Shown here piece after piece: positions 1 through 13,366 of a stretch of DNA of 64,000 nucleotides; within the stretch, counting starts at the first letter, position 1, and each line of letters begins with the position of its first letter. Below the pieces are notes generated by a model, which made no database searches, was not told the origin of the DNA, and saw only the letters and a program-made list of their open reading frames with translations. Origin of the DNA: Antedon mediterranea (Eukaryota > Animalia > Echinodermata); the NCBI RefSeq assembly GCF_964355755.1, contig NC_092672.1:13826001-13890000 (forward strand). Direction: 5' to 3'. The position numbers and the translations under genes were made by a program.

Positions 1-27
1 GAATTGCGATAGATTAATCAATTTCAG

Positions 28-1198
28 GTTCTACCAATACCAGATTACAGGATTGGTGAAGATGTTTCTGCCTGTGTTGTGTAAGTTTATTTCATTTATA
101 CCAAAAATAGAATAATATTACACTAAATGTATTATATTTCTCTAAAAAGACATATTGAAGATTTTTTTTAATAAATACAAGTTTTTATTTAATTAAGGAT
201 AGGTCCTATTATTATCTCCAGACAAAACTAGTGTTGTACATTTTTTTAAATGTGCGATTTTCTAATTGTTATTCAAACTAAAGATTTTACGCAACGACAT
301 AAGCACAACGCAAATAATTTGACTTAATCACGACACGACAAATTACCTAATACATTATTGATGTTTTCGTTTTTAACGGACGTGATAAACCTTATTAAAC
401 TTTAAAGTGACTTATTCAAAGTCTGATTTTAATAATTATCTTTTTTCATGTTTTTTATAGACAATCTTTAACATAAATTAAAAGAAAAAATATTTACTTA
501 TTATTTCAGATTAAACGAAGGTTATGATATCACAGAGGAAGAACTGAAAACTTTCTTTGAAGGAGAGGTGGCTACAGGAAAGGTATCCACCTCAAGATCA
601 AACAAACACTGAAAGCTGACTCCCTATAGTTTATTTTATACAATTATCAGGCATCCATAAAAAACGACTTGAATAGACATTAAGAAGAATTTCAGAACCA
701 AATTAGCATACCAAGTTTAAGTATCATATCACACTTTAAAATAAGAGCTGATTATGGATATTTTGTAGAACTCTATCCGTTGTGACACCATTATTAAGGT
801 GATACAAACAAAATACATAACAATGTACCTATGTTTAACACTTTAATAAATATACTAAAACTTCATGTATTTTCTTTTTCAGATGTCAGATTTTATCCTG
901 CCGTCTTACTTTCTAATATTTGACTCTTTTCCATATGGAGCTTCTGGAAAGGTACTGTATGGCGTTATTTTTATCTGGATGCCATAGGTCTATGGCATCT
1001 AAAAATGTATAAATTTATACAAATAAATATTTCAATGTACTAAACATACAACGTCTATATTGATTAGAACTGACTTTCTTATTTTTCTTTAATTATCATT
1101 TACAGGTGGATCGTAAGAAGTTGCAAGAGTTAGCTATTGGTCGAGTTAAATTACCAGAAACTCCTTACGTCGAAAAACGTGTAGAGTTACATGATTAA
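28..1198 (+). CDS. Last four exons of an acyl-CoA synthetase (ANL/AMP-binding superfamily, ACSF2-like); 5' part lies outside the window
   Basis: GT-AG exons at 28-80, 510-567 (or 582), 883-951 and 1106-1198 join in frame: VLPIPDYRIGEDVSACVV-LNEGYDITEEELKTFFEGE-MSDFILPSYFLIFDSFPYGASGK-VDRKKLQELA...*. This matches the AMP-binding C-terminal pattern (D.R.GE.V.AC; P...SGK). AATAAA at ~1225. Confidence 0.8.
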
Positions 1199-2417
1199 AC
1201 CAAACATAACTGTTTATATAATTATAATAAATGTATACAATTAACTTTAACATTTGGACTTCGGGTGCAGTTACGTTATTATGTTATGAAGATAAATAAG
1301 GCATATAGCATGGATGATTCTAAAAATGTAGTTTAATGATGCTAATTATGGGATTGCATGCTCGTCAACAAAACGTTATTTAAAACTAGACAATCATGAC
1401 TTATTAATTCACCAATTACAACAATATATTATATATTATTATATATGCATTATAACAAATTTATTGAAGCACAATTAGGTCTTTTATTAGATTTTTATAA
1501 CAGGTATCTATTCAATCACCTTCAATCCTTCGTGATTAAGGGTCAAATTTTAATATTTACCAATCATAGAACATATAAAACCAAACAAAAACTAACATTT
1601 AACAAAAATGTGATGTTTTCTTATCCTGTTAATCAATCATACGCAATGTAAAAGAGCACTTACATCATTTCGTCCGTTGACATAAGGTCATCAAAGGTCA
1701 ACATTTTAATATGCGTTTTAGGTAGTAACAAATAAATGCAAAGTTGTCCAAATTATGATATCGATAGTTTTACAAGTAATCAAATTATTTGATCAGTAAA
1801 GTTTGTTATTTCATTATAATTTTGAATAATAATAATTATAATACTGTAATTAATCAAATCAGACTAAAAATGTTACGCTGACCTTAAATAAAATAAATGG
1901 TTAAAGCAAAACTTATTATGCAAAGATTGGTCAGAACATGGTTACATGCCTACAACTTTCATTTTGAGGCAATGAACTATCTGATTTGATCTGCTTCTTT
2001 ATGTTAGCAATATATCATTTTGGTTTTTTATTTGTCTAGATACTCATATAACTGAGAATACCTAGTTATATACTAGCCAGTCTCTGCACCTTAAATGGTT
2101 ACCAAAATGCAATTATGTGGTGTTTATCTAGATTTGGTAGTTTTGTAAAGGGAGTTTCCATTTGATTTTCACAGACCATTTGAGCACTTTGGTCTAACAA
2201 ATTGTACTATATTATTGGTTATCACGTTTTTTTTTATCCCCATTGCAATCACATAGTAGTTACAAGATACAAGATAATTTTATTGTCAAAATTTTTCACC
2301 ATTTCGAGATATTTTTTGTACCTGAGTAGAATAAATAATACGATGTGATAACTATATAAATAAATACAAATGATACAAGTGACTATCTTGAAAAGTTTTT
2401 GTTAAATAAATTGCATG

Positions 2418-3770
2418 CTATGTACATTGTGAAACTCTGAAACGGTTTGTGGATATTTTACGGAGTTCTTTAGTGTTGCTCTCCCAATTTAGTTTATTAT
2501 CAATTATTAATCCCAAGTACTTATGACTTTCTACTATTTCAAAAATTTCATTATCAATTTCAATATTTACATGATTAGTTTTATTTTTCCTTCTAAAATT
2601 AACAATAACTTCTTTAGTTTTTTTGGCATTTAGTTCAAGAAAATTTTGTTTACAACACCAGACTACAAATTGTTCAACATATTCATTAAACAGGGATGCA
2701 TTATTATTTGAAATTAAACCAACTAGGCAAGTATCATCTGCAAACTTAACATTAAATGATTTACTTGGATCAATATCACTATAAAAATCAGAATATAATG
2801 AAACAAGGCCAACAGCCATTAAGTCGCGTGCTACAATGCATAGTGATACCGGACCGACAGACAAACAGACTGACAGACAGACAGACCGACAGACAGACGG
2901 ACCGACCGACATAGTGAACTATACTGACCGAAATTACTGAACATGTTTAAAAATGTTGAAATGTTTAAAAACATTTATATTTTTTTAATTTACACGTGCG
3001 TAGCCTGTCACATTTGACGTGCTCGTATAACGTAATTTCGAGTTGAAAATTAAGTCAAGAAAACAGAAATCGGGCAAAAAGTGTGCGCAATAACATTTAA
3101 CGCGCGCAAAAATCTGCGCACTCATGGCAATTTTGTAAACGCTTAAAATTGCCTGAAACGTACTCTTATTTCATCGAAAATAAATTTTGAAAATTTTAAG
3201 CGCGCGTACGCATGCGTTACATGCGCTACGCACGTAATTGTATTGCCATATGATGATTTATGCCCTGAAATTTATGAGTACCAAATTTTATTTAATTGTG
3301 ATTCATGGTTGTTAAGATATGATTACAAACGTGATTTCGTTAAATCGTGCGTAGACCGCGTAATTTTTTATTGCGCACCGTGAAAACATAACCACATCGA
3401 TTCCTGGCCATAAGGAATATTCTGTGAAAAATTGACTTAGCTAGATTAAACTGATATCAAGATAAGGTCATAAAGCGACAAAACGCATAGTGATACCGGA
3501 CCGACAGACAGACAGACAGACCGACAGACAGACCGACAGACAGACCGACAGACAGACAGACAGACCGACCGACCGACTTAGTGAACTATAGAGTCGCTTC
3601 CACGCGACTAAAAAGTAAGGGTGAGAGAACGCATCCCTGTGGTGCACCTGTATTACAAGTTAACTGCTTAGATACGCTACCTGTAAACTTAAAAATCTGT
3701 GTTCTTTCATTTAAGAAATCAAAAATCCAGAGATTTAATCGTGGATTTATTCAACTAGTATGTCCATGAT
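2418..3770 (-). mobile_element. Degenerate non-LTR retrotransposon (LINE; L2/CR1/Rex-like group) RT fragment, interrupted by an insertion at ~2801-3613
   Basis: The minus strand reads TGAPQGCVLSPLLF (3613-3655). Beyond the insertion it continues SLYSDF...KFADDTCLVGLI...FLELNAKKTKE...KYLGLIIDNKLNW, which are canonical LINE RT motifs. Confidence 0.85.
2801..3613 (+). mobile_element. Non-autonomous Helentron-type (HINE/DINE-1-like) element
   Basis: It splits the LINE RT at an A/T run. Sub-terminal inverted repeats AGTCGCGTG (2822-2830) and CACGCGACT (3601-3609), two (GACA/GACC)n tracts with a duplicated core, and a 3' stem-loop AGTCGC-ttccac-GCGACT. Confidence 0.65.
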
Positions 3771-4697
3771 ATGTACATAGCAACCCTGTGATAAATCTTA
3801 AACCCATGTCCATGAATTTCTGGTGCACTAGCCTGTGCACCAAAAGGGCATATTCTCGCATTGCTCTAATTAAAATTAATTATCTCTAAAAAAAAGATTA
3901 ACTATGACTTTTGTTGTAGAGCACACATGTTTCACAACTTCCAGACACTATTCTATGAAGATTTTGGTAATTGCCTAGTTCTGCAAACAAGTTTTGATTA
4001 TCTTGATTATAAGCTGGAATTAAAATGAAAATATTTAGGTGTTTACCTAGATAAACGCATAAAGAAGAGAGTCTGAAATATAGATCTGAAAAAGACACTC
4101 TTACAGAAAATATATAATCATTCCTAGATGGAATTACTCTACTAAAACTAAAATATAAATATATATACAAAATAAAAATATAATATGAGGAAATTTTTAC
4201 AGTAATAAATTATAGTTTATACACAGCACAAGTACTTTCTTGTAACTAAGGATATGGTATATAGATGTGGATAGATTGCAGAGTAATAGAAGTTTTAGGA
4301 TGAATGGTATATTGTTTCTAAAGGGTAATTAAAACGTGAATGTTATCAAAGTTCCAACCACAGTTATAATTTACACTTTATTTCTGTAGACCAACGGGTA
4401 TATCTAATAGTGGAACCACAAAAATGTAGGATAGGTTAATTTCTAATTGGCAACCAAAGGGAATTCAGAATGTTTTTAGTTGTTTACTAAGATGCACACT
4501 ATCACACTTCATTGTTAAATTAGCCGTTCAATAGTTGTACAAACTTAAATTCCACAATTTACCTAACGGATGTCACTTACATCCTTCCGATATACTTAAT
4601 AACAACCATTTGATTTACTTGCTCCTGTGACAACACACTGGACCTTTAATACAGCGATGTCATATGAGTGGTAGCCCCCAAGAGGCCAAAATGTAGT

Positions 4698-4698
4698 T

Positions 4699-4742
<44 letters not shown>

Positions 4743-4767
4743 AGTAGTAGTAGTAGTAGTAGTAGTA
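4698..4767. repeat. (AGT)n microsatellite
   Basis: Directly visible triplet run with one interruption. Confidence 0.95.
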
Positions 4768-4886
4768 TTTAGCATTGCTTGTACAGTATCAGTAGAAATA
4801 ATATTATGTATTGTATATGTATACTCTGAATAAACTGGGGAAGCTTAACTTATTTGTGTTGTGTGTAAATGAAGGTATAATTAGCT

Positions 4887-5359
4887 ATTTTGACACATGT
4901 GAGCCCGATAAACAAAAACAAGGAAACAAGTATTGGTTGTAAAGTTATTTAATATGAATGGCAAGTCATCGTTGCAGCATGCACGTAAAAGGAAATCATA
5001 AAAAAGGAACATTGGGATGCTCTGAAAGGGCCAAAACACATGTCTCAAAATCGTAATTGAAAACAAAATAAAAAGGGAGTGGAGGGAGGGAAGTGAAAAT
5101 TATTTTACTTAGCCAAAAACTGGCGTGGTAATCTGTTGACAGCGTGAGGTGAAGAGGATGAGATGCTCACGCTGTCAAAAGATGATTGCGAGGGCGCCCC
5201 GCAATCACGTGATTTTGACACATGTGAGCCCGATAAACAAAAACAAGGAAACAAGTATTGGTTGTAAAGTTATTTAATATGAATGGCAAGTCATCGTTGC
5301 AGCATGCACGTAAAAGGAAAACATAAAAAAGGAACATTGGGATGCTCTGAAAGGGCCAA
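4887..5359 (-). repeat. Split direct repeats (B1-A2-B2 layout) at the 3' end of the Ngaro-like element
   Basis: 148-bp direct repeats at 4887-5034 and 5212-5359 flank a 177-bp unique segment. The same layout occurs at 63382-63529 and 63707-63854 in copy 2. Confidence 0.85.
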
Positions 5360-5437
5360 CACAGTTGGCAACGAAGAGGCCAACGAAGCAGCCCAAATTA
5401 AGTGCAGGTAGAACCGATGACAAGCCATTCAGATGAT

Positions 5438-5880
5438 GGTGCAACATATATTGACACCCAGAACGTATAGAAACTATCTACATAGTCTACCTGGAGCAAC
5501 ATGTGTTGACTCCAGTACCCGGTTGACCATTAGCGCCTGATAGGTGGAGCAACCAAATATTGACATCGAAAAACGTATAGAAACACCTACATTAGTCTAC
5601 CTGGAGCAACATGTGTTGACTCCAGTACATGTTTAAGCATTTTAATTAGGTAGGCAGTGCAACCAAATGTTGGCACCGAAAAACGTATAGAAACAATCTA
5701 CATTAGTCTGCCTGGGGCAACATGTGTTGACTCCAGTACGCGTTTGAGAATTGAGTTTAATAAACGGTGCAACCATGTTGACACCGAAAACATATAAATA
5801 ACTTATTAGTCTACCTGGAGCAACGTGTTGACTCCGATTAAACATATGATTATAATTGGCGGTGCAACCTATGCTGTCAC
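5438..5880. repeat. Four degenerate ~110-bp hairpin-rich tandem units in the DIRS 3' region
   Basis: Recurring GGTGCAAC..TTGACACC..AACGTATAGAAAC..TAGTCTACCTGGAGCAACATGTGTTGACTCCAG units. Confidence 0.85.
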
Positions 5881-6172
5881 CGAAAGAAAACAAAAATGAA
5901 ATAAGTAAAACGATATACAGAAAAAATAAGTATCAAAGTTTGTTTAAGCTTGACGCTTAATACCCAGTCATGCTTAGGAAATATGCCAACCAGCCAGCAC
6001 CCATATTTACAACGCTGTATTTGACAAAGTTATGTGGTTCGACCATCGTCCAAAAATCAAAATGTCTTGGTGAGAGTGTCAAAGTTGGTGAAGGTCGGTA
6101 GCTCGACCGATTCTGAAAGAATGAGTGTTAAACTGTGTATGTTCCAGACTAGCATGGCGAGCTAATTGTTTA

Positions 6173-6620
6173 TAGCATTAGTGTGTGTTCTGCGGCCTTG
6201 GAGACTACTGCTTCACTGGCTCTGAGGCATGCGAAGTAACATGAACAAGGCTCTGTATAGGATGAATTCGTATTTGGATTTCATGCTACCTCGCATATGT
6301 CCAATTAGCGTTAACAAGAATGTCGGAGGTGACCGGCGGTCTGATCGGTTTGGATGGAGAGTTCGTTTTTTGTTTCGCTACTCCTCTGCATAAATTGCTG
6401 ACTGCTGGATTTGCGGTAAGGTCTTCCATAAATGATACCCTGTGCACGAATGACACTGGGCTAAGGTAGTTTCGAATCGTGGAAATCGCCAGTGCATTTT
6501 TAGTCAGCTTACTTACATAGAGAACAATTGTCTGTGGAGTCGCTGGTAGCGGAAGGCTTAGTAATTTCCTGAATTGGTTAAAATTGTGCCGTTTGCTTTT
6601 ATAGTTACTAGCGGTTCATT
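6173..6620 (-). pseudogene. Truncated tyrosine recombinase ORF of DIRS copy 1
   Basis: Reverse complement of the 27283-27660 ORF (PQTIVLYVSKL...ISTIRNYLS...YFACLRASE) with small indels; the C-terminal catalytic H-x-x-R/Y part was not seen. Confidence 0.8.
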
Positions 6621-6638
6621 TGCTTAATGAGTTCCACA

Positions 6639-7940
6639 TTAGCTCTCGTGTGAGGATCTTGAGTTGTTTAGTGGTTCGAAGTAGATTGGTTGTAAGTGCT
6701 TTGGTATCTTTAGCGGTGTGCGGTTCATACTGTGCTCCTCTAGCATGGCCTCCGTTTCCTGAAAACGAGAAAGAGCGTCACATATCCTGTTTTGCTTACC
6801 AGGGATGTGCCTGGCTGTAAACTGAATGTTGTTTAGTAGTAACAAAAGGACGATAGCGCGAACCACTCTCATGACCTTTTCGTTTGATGACAATTTTGTG
6901 TTAAGCACATATACATCAGCTAGGTTATCACAGTGGAAAACTACATGGGTGTTGGCTAGCTGTTTTGCAAAAATCGAAAGCATGACATAGATGGGGTAAA
7001 TTTCGAGAACCATGATGTCGAACATTTTCCAAGATTCCGGCCAGCGGCCTTGAATCCAGAACTTTTGGAAGGTCGCACCAAGTGCGGTTTTTGAGGCATC
7101 AGAGGAGAAATGTAAACGATGAGAGTCAAATTTTTGTGGGGGTGAAAAATGGTAACGCCATTGTGTTTGCTAAGAAAGTCGGCCCAAATTTGGAGATCCT
7201 CCTTTGCTGAGTCAGAAAGGTGAATAGTTGAAAAGGGGTTAGTTAGACCGGCCGTTAGGGCATTAAGCCTTCTTAGGAACGCCAGTCCAGAGGGTATAAC
7301 CCAGGTGGCAAATTGTAGCTTTTCAAAGAGATTGGGGGGCTCTCAATGTAGTTGAGTGAAGTTTTGAACTTTAAAGGGAGTAACGTAATTTTATTATCTC
7401 AGATGGAAGCCTGTCTTACATTTTCTGTAAATCAAGTTCAATACCCAGGAAGGAAATGGTGGTGGTGGGTGAAATTGTTTTGTGCGGTGCTAGAGGTATG
7501 CCACCGCGGTCAGCAAGCGCCTTGGATATCTTCAAGGAGTTCGCACACAGTTGGTGTGTGTCTTCAATGACGAGGATGTCGTCTAATATTTTCACGTTAT
7601 TGGGCTGTTTTAACTTGTTTATAAGGAAAAATTTTATTCCGTCAGAAAACTTATTGAATATTTGACACGAAGATCCGCCGCCTTGGGGAAGCGTTTTATC
7701 GTAGTAATACTGGCCTAACCACGTGAAACCTGTGAGGTGATATTGAGTGGGATGTAAATGTATTAGTCTGTATGCGTCGCTGGTGTCCGTCTTAGCCATG
7801 AATGCCGGGTGATTGTGTATGTCAATTATGTCTATTGCGTTGGCAATTGTTTCGTAATGAACTGTTATGCAAAACCCAGGGATGTTGTGATTGACAGCGT
7901 TTGAGTCGTAGGGATAGGAGAGGTTGTGGAGGATACGACA
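6639..7940 (-). pseudogene. RT-RNase H ORF of DIRS copy 1, broken by stops and frameshifts
   Basis: ORF track 7416-7799 (RT core) and 6639-7025 (RNase H C-terminal half). Confidence 0.85.
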
Positions 7941-8961
7941 TTTTTCAGGTACGGAATTTCCGGAAGGTTGTTGATGATAGCTTGGGAGTTAGTTGCTGTA
8001 AAAGCAGCCTCATGTAAGGTAGAAGCCATGAGCGAAACATTGGGTTAAGTAAGCGTGGTGTTTGTAACCAGATAGGAGTGCGCTTATTCTAGTGGGAATT
8101 ATTGGGATCCCGAGCACTGAAAAACGAGTGGCGATACTGACAGTTTGTCTGGACACATCTATTGAATCTGTTATGGTAGGAGAAGCCGAGTGGACGCTCC
8201 ACGGTTGGATGGGTTAGAGGTTTATGGTTAGCTCGTTGCGTCTAGTTTATGCAGGAGGTCGGCTCGAACCGATGACCAAGAGCAAAGTGTGTACTCAGTA
8301 GCCATTCAAAATTATCAGTCGTAAAAGTATCATTAATTTGGATGACTGTGCATGAGGTATTTAATATACTTAAAATAATTTAAGATGTCCTGCGTATATT
8401 TACTTAAATAAAATTGTGGCAAAGTCGTGAAAGGCCTAGTGCCAGTTGTGTTCGTTTAAGATGCGGCATTTGGGCTTAGGCACAAGTTCAAAGGTACCAG
8501 TGAACGTTAGCGTCAAAGCTTCCGCTGCACTGTTGAAGTCGAGCAGATTGTGCAGCTCGATGAATTTGTGGGAGATTATTTTCTCTTTAAGTTTTTGACA
8601 AGGTAGGGGGTTTGAGAAAGAGAGCTGCCGGTAGGTTCGGCTTACCGACATTAATCTCAACCACAGAAGTTACCAGGGTTTCGACGATATGCCTCATGTC
8701 CTTTAATTCTTATTTATGTCAAATTCAGGTACTGGTACGGTTCTTTTTTTTTTTTTTTTTTGGTGCCGTATTTTTTACCTCTTGTTAGTTCTTTTCCGTC
8801 CTGACATGGTGTATCTGTAAGAAAATCTTTGTGCAATTAAGACGGAAAGAAAAATGTGTGTGGACAGATATCATCAAGTTGCAGGGGAAAAGGGCCCTGC
8901 AACCATGTTAAAGGAGTGAATAAAAGATTGGAGACAAAAGTCAGCATTGGGGTAGAGAATG

Positions 8962-9976
8962 AAACCAGCATGATTCATTTAATGAAATGCTGTACTTAGA
9001 GGAGGGTGATAAGACACCACCGCCGTATGGGGTGATAGTAGGGGGACCAGCATGAGTCATATAACCAGCATGAGTCATATAATGAATGCTGTACTTAAGA
9101 GCATGAGTGATAAAACACCGCCGTATGTGGGGGTAGTTAATGAACCAGCATAAGTAATTATGTGGTGGTAGTAGGGAAACCAGCATGAGTCATATAATGA
9201 ATGCTGTACTTAAGAGCATGAGTGATAAAAACACCGCCGTATGTGGGGGTGGGTAATGAACCAGCATAAGAAATTATGTGGTGGTAGTAGGGTTAATGAA
9301 CCAGCATAAGTAATTATGTGGTGGTAATAGGGGAACCAGCATGAGTCATAATATAATGAATGAACCAGCATAAGAAATTATGTGGTGGTAGTAGTCATTG
9401 GTGAACCAGCATAAGAAATTATGTGGTGGTAGTAGGGTTAATGAACCAGCATAAGTAATTATGTGGTGGTAGTAGGGAAACCAGCATGAGTCATATAATG
9501 AATGCTGTACTTAAGAGCATGAGTGATAAAAACACCGCCGTATGTGGGGGTGGGTAATGAACCAGCATAAGAAATTATGTGGTGGTAGTAGGGTTAATGA
9601 ACCAGCATAAGAAATTATGTGGTGGTAGTAGGGAAACCAGCATGAGTCATAATATAATGAATGAACCAGCATAAGAAATTATGTGGTGGTAGTAGTCATA
9701 TAATGGTGAACCAGCATAAGAAATTATGTGGTGGTAGTAGGGTTAATGAACCAGCATAAGTAATTATGTGGTGGTAGTAGGGAAACCAGCATGAGTCATA
9801 TAATGAATGCTGTACTTAAGAGCATGAGTGATAAAAACACCGCCGTATGTGGGGGTGGGTAATGAACCAGCATAAGAAATTATGTGGTGGTAGTAGGGTT
9901 AATGAACCAGCATAAGAAATTATGTGGTGGTAGTAGGGAAACCAGCATGAGTCATATAATGAATGCTGTACTTAAG
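8962..9976. repeat. Complex modular minisatellite (AACCAGCATAAG.AATTATGTGGTGGTAGTAGGG / AACCAGCATGAGTCATATAATGAATG modules)
   Basis: Directly visible higher-order repeats. The outer palindrome breakpoint (9728) lies inside it, and a partial mirror copy is at ~60036-60284. Confidence 0.92.
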
Positions 9977-11173
9977 GGCAAAATCAAATGTACATCTGAC
10001 CAATTACTCAACTCCCTGACGCACAGCTACTCCACAGTAGTTCAATATAATAGTTTTCCCATCCTGTGAAATGGCGTAGCCCAGTTTGATCTTTTAACCC
10101 TGTACTGTGTTTTGAATGGGCATCGGACGAACAGGAGATTCTTCTGTTATAATTTCTTTGATAATAACACAACAGCGGCAAGTACAATAAAGCTTCAGAC
10201 TGCTTTAATTGTTACTAAGAAACAAAAGCGCACACAGGTGTACGCCCGCGTCGTAGTACTGTTACGTTTGTTCCGTCACCACCCAAGATATTATAGCCGT
10301 TTAGATGTAGACTTTTGATTAATTGCGGTTACAGTTTGAATTTACTTATACTATCATCAACTGTATAAACACATTTTCCGAAAAATAACATTTAAAAATA
10401 AAAGAGACTGTGTTTAGGATTACTAAAAAGATAAACAAAAGTCTACAACACTGGGTAGGCGGGAACAAGACCCGATCTTGCGGTGTTCGGACGAGAACCA
10501 GTGTATTCAACGTGGTATGGTTGTAGACATTATGTTACTTCAAGATTATATATTAAAATCCGTTTAAAGGAGAGCTACCTGCATGATCTTAAAGAAAGGT
10601 TATTTAGATAGAAAAAGGAGCTAAGTCTAATTTCAGTAGAGAATAGGCGTGACTTCTTAAACAAGACATTCATTGCCAATATAATAATTTCTCCACGATC
10701 TAATTTTATGAGTGATTATGTTTTTTTTTATTAATAACATACACCTAGATATACTTACCTTTCATTATGGTAGAGCCCGTACTGATGCTTTCAAATACTC
10801 AGGGATAGCACTGTTTCCTAAAATGTTTTCAGAAGTTGGTGTTACGATCAGAAAAAATCAACGTTCACCGATAGCAAAATATCGAATTTAATAACTTCTT
10901 TTTGTCAAAAGTTTTCAGCGATAACTTTACTAATGGTATATTCTGACGTCATGGATATACTTATGCAAAATTGTGTTGTTCATGTTTGTTTGCAGGTGTT
11001 ACATATTCATAATGATGTTTTTTATAATGATGATGATGCTGATGATAATAATGATGTTATTGATAGTAATGATGATGATATGATGCTGTTGATAATAATG
11101 CTTTTTTTTTATTTTTAAAAATGTTTCTTACAGGATCTACTCAACATTCAATGACTACACGGCTAACTGCTAC

Positions 11174-12217
11174 GGGTGTCACGAAACCTAAGACCACGAA
11201 AGCTAAGACCCCCTAAGACCTAAGATCACGAAAGCTAAGACCCAAGACCTAAGATTACAAATTCTAAGATATACTACAGCTTAAAAACAATACTTGTTTA
11301 TCCATCCATAATTTTAAACACAGTAGGTTTCATTTATTACCATAAATATAATTTAATACTACCGCAAAACACAGATAAACTCACATTATTTTCGCCCGTT
11401 GAGTAAATGTATATTTTTTCTTTACAACAAACAAACTTGACGGGTTGTTTGTTGGTATATATTTACTCCAATGTGTTGGTTCAGAGGATGTTTTTCTTAC
11501 GCACCTGCCTTTCTTGTATTTTGACTCCAAATTTGTTTACTAACTTTATCCTGAATACCACACTTTAAAATTAGGACTTATAAGTACTTTCAGAAGGAGA
11601 AACACATAATAACAAATAAATAAATCCTTTAAATTGATGATTTTACAGACGTGTTTCTTTGTATACTGTAATGTAACTCCTCGAGCTCCCCATGCTCAAT
11701 GTTTTTGTTTCTATGGAGCGCCAAAAAAGCAACAATAATAGTACAAGTATAAAAACAGAAAGAAAATGAAACAAAAAAACTTATCATGATTTTTAAGTTA
11801 AAATTTATTTGCCAGTATTTATTTCTTCGTACTTGCATGATTATACTATTATCATTACAATTTTGATTTTACATTGTTCCATCCACACTGTAGATGGACT
11901 CCACAGAGTTTTCAGCCCTCTATATAATTTTTGCTCTTTTGACGTTCAATAGAAACAAAAACATTGAACATGGGGTAGGCCTACCAGTGTACTGTAGGCT
12001 AGTCATTTTGTGTGCGAGAAAAACGTCTGTAAAATCATCAATTTAAAAATGTATTTGTTACTTTTTATGTGATTCTTTTTCATGAAAGTGCCAATTCTAA
12101 GGTGTGGTATTCAGAATAAATGTTGGGAGTTAAAATACAAGGCAGGTGCGAAAGATAAATATTTGTAATCTTAGGTCTTGGGTCTTAGCTTTCGTGATCT
12201 TAGGTTTCGTGACACCC
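11174..12217. mobile_element. Non-autonomous MULE/Foldback-like MITE
   Basis: TIRs GGGTGTCACGAAACCTAAGA.../...TCTTAGGTTTCGTGACACCC built of CTAAGA modules. 10-bp TSD TAACTGCTAC at 11164-11173 and 12218-12227. Confidence 0.85.
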
Positions 12218-12247
12218 TAACTGCTACATTCTATTCCTTCGAAGTGA

Positions 12248-12536
12248 TGCAGGACTGTGCCTTTTAAGTGAGATATTTCCCTTAAATCCTAAGACTATTT
12301 TACTAAAGTGGTTTTCACAAAGGTTTTAAGATTATAAGTGAAATCCTTAACTTGGTCTATTTTTCCCTTAACTCAGAGGTCCCTTAGAAGTTTCCTTAGC
12401 TATTCAGTACCTTGTAGATAACTCCAATCTAGGCTAGATAGAGATGCTAGGCCCCCCTGTTGGTCTGCCCAGTAACAAGCCGGGGATTCATATATAAGTA
12501 TTTTCCTTAACCTAAGTGTGATTGGTGAATACGGCC
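12248..12536 (-). mobile_element. Possible single end of a PIF/Harbinger-like MITE (mirror ~57476-57764)
   Basis: The terminus-like GGCCGTATTCACCAATCACACTTAGG resembles Harbinger-type TIR starts, but no partner TIR or TSD was found. Confidence 0.3.
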
Positions 12537-13366
12537 ACAGGGCCCTACGAGTAAAAGCCACTTGCTGTTAAGCTAAACTGACACCACTTCTAGTCTGGGA
12601 GCTAAAACACGTTTTATTTTCAGTACAAACATTATACGTCTGTGTAGATTCAACAAAATCGACATTTACTTTAATTTTGGCCATTCATAGCTAAAATGTA
12701 TACAAAATCGTAAAATATGCATATTTTGATTTTTATCGATTTCAATATTATCAAAATACTACAATTTAGCGATAACAAACATTTCCTCTTATAATTATTT
12801 TTATTTGCATAAACTTGCCGTATAATTTGTTTTGTTTTATATTTTGATTTTAGTAACGCTGAGATATTAATAAACAAAACCTTGTTTTATATAAATGTAT
12901 ACATCGACATTAACTAGTTTAATACAATGTATAATGAAACATAAATATATCAACTTACTTTAACGATAAACTATAATATTGATTGAATAATTGTTTCTTT
13001 TTTCTGTTTATTAGTTTGGATGATATGTTTTTATTTGTAGTTGAAAAGGGCAATTCTTTTTTGTTTTCATTTATGATAATGAGATAAAAGCTAGCTGAGT
13101 GTTAAAAACTATTTTTATAAATGAATGTATTAATCCATGCATTTGTTGGCAGAGCTAGCTGCACTTCGATTATCATACACAAAACACTTTGGTGTAATTA
13201 CCAGTAGTAGCGGCCCATTTCCACTCAGCTCTAAAGCTTAGTATTATTAGCTCCTTACCACCTTATACTCGGTAATAATATATTAGATTCAACAAAAAAG
13301 TTATAAAGTGATGGGCTATATACAGCAGATAACAGCGTGTATTATTCGAGCGACATGGTAGCTGCC

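Larger units (their letters stand above)
4887..8940 (-). mobile_element. Degenerate DIRS-order (Ngaro/PAT-like) tyrosine-recombinase retrotransposon, copy 1
   Basis: Gag-like KLKEKIISHKFIELHNLL (8436-8660). RT motifs LPQGGGSSCQIF, KILDDILV and FLGIELD. RNase H motifs SDAS, LEIYPI, FHCDN and HIPGKQNRICDALSR. Tyrosine recombinase (YR) region YFACLRASE. Split direct repeats at the 3' end. Many stops and frameshifts; the 5' boundary is uncertain. Confidence 0.9.

Noticed and set aside
4698-4767. (AGT)n run as another Polinton terminus
   Set aside because: No TIR sequence follows and there is no TSD; it is an ordinary microsatellite.
5460-5560. Possible hammerhead ribozyme (GAAA-CTAT..ATAG-TC resembles stem III)
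   Set aside because: There is no CUGANGA core at a compatible position, and the pairing is not kept in the other units.
8962-9976. Repeat array superficially like a CRISPR array
   Set aside because: The intervening segments are themselves repeated modules rather than unique spacers, the context is eukaryotic, and there are no cas genes.
10933-11118. Asp-rich 61-aa ORF
   Set aside because: It is the translation of a degenerate (GAT)n microsatellite.
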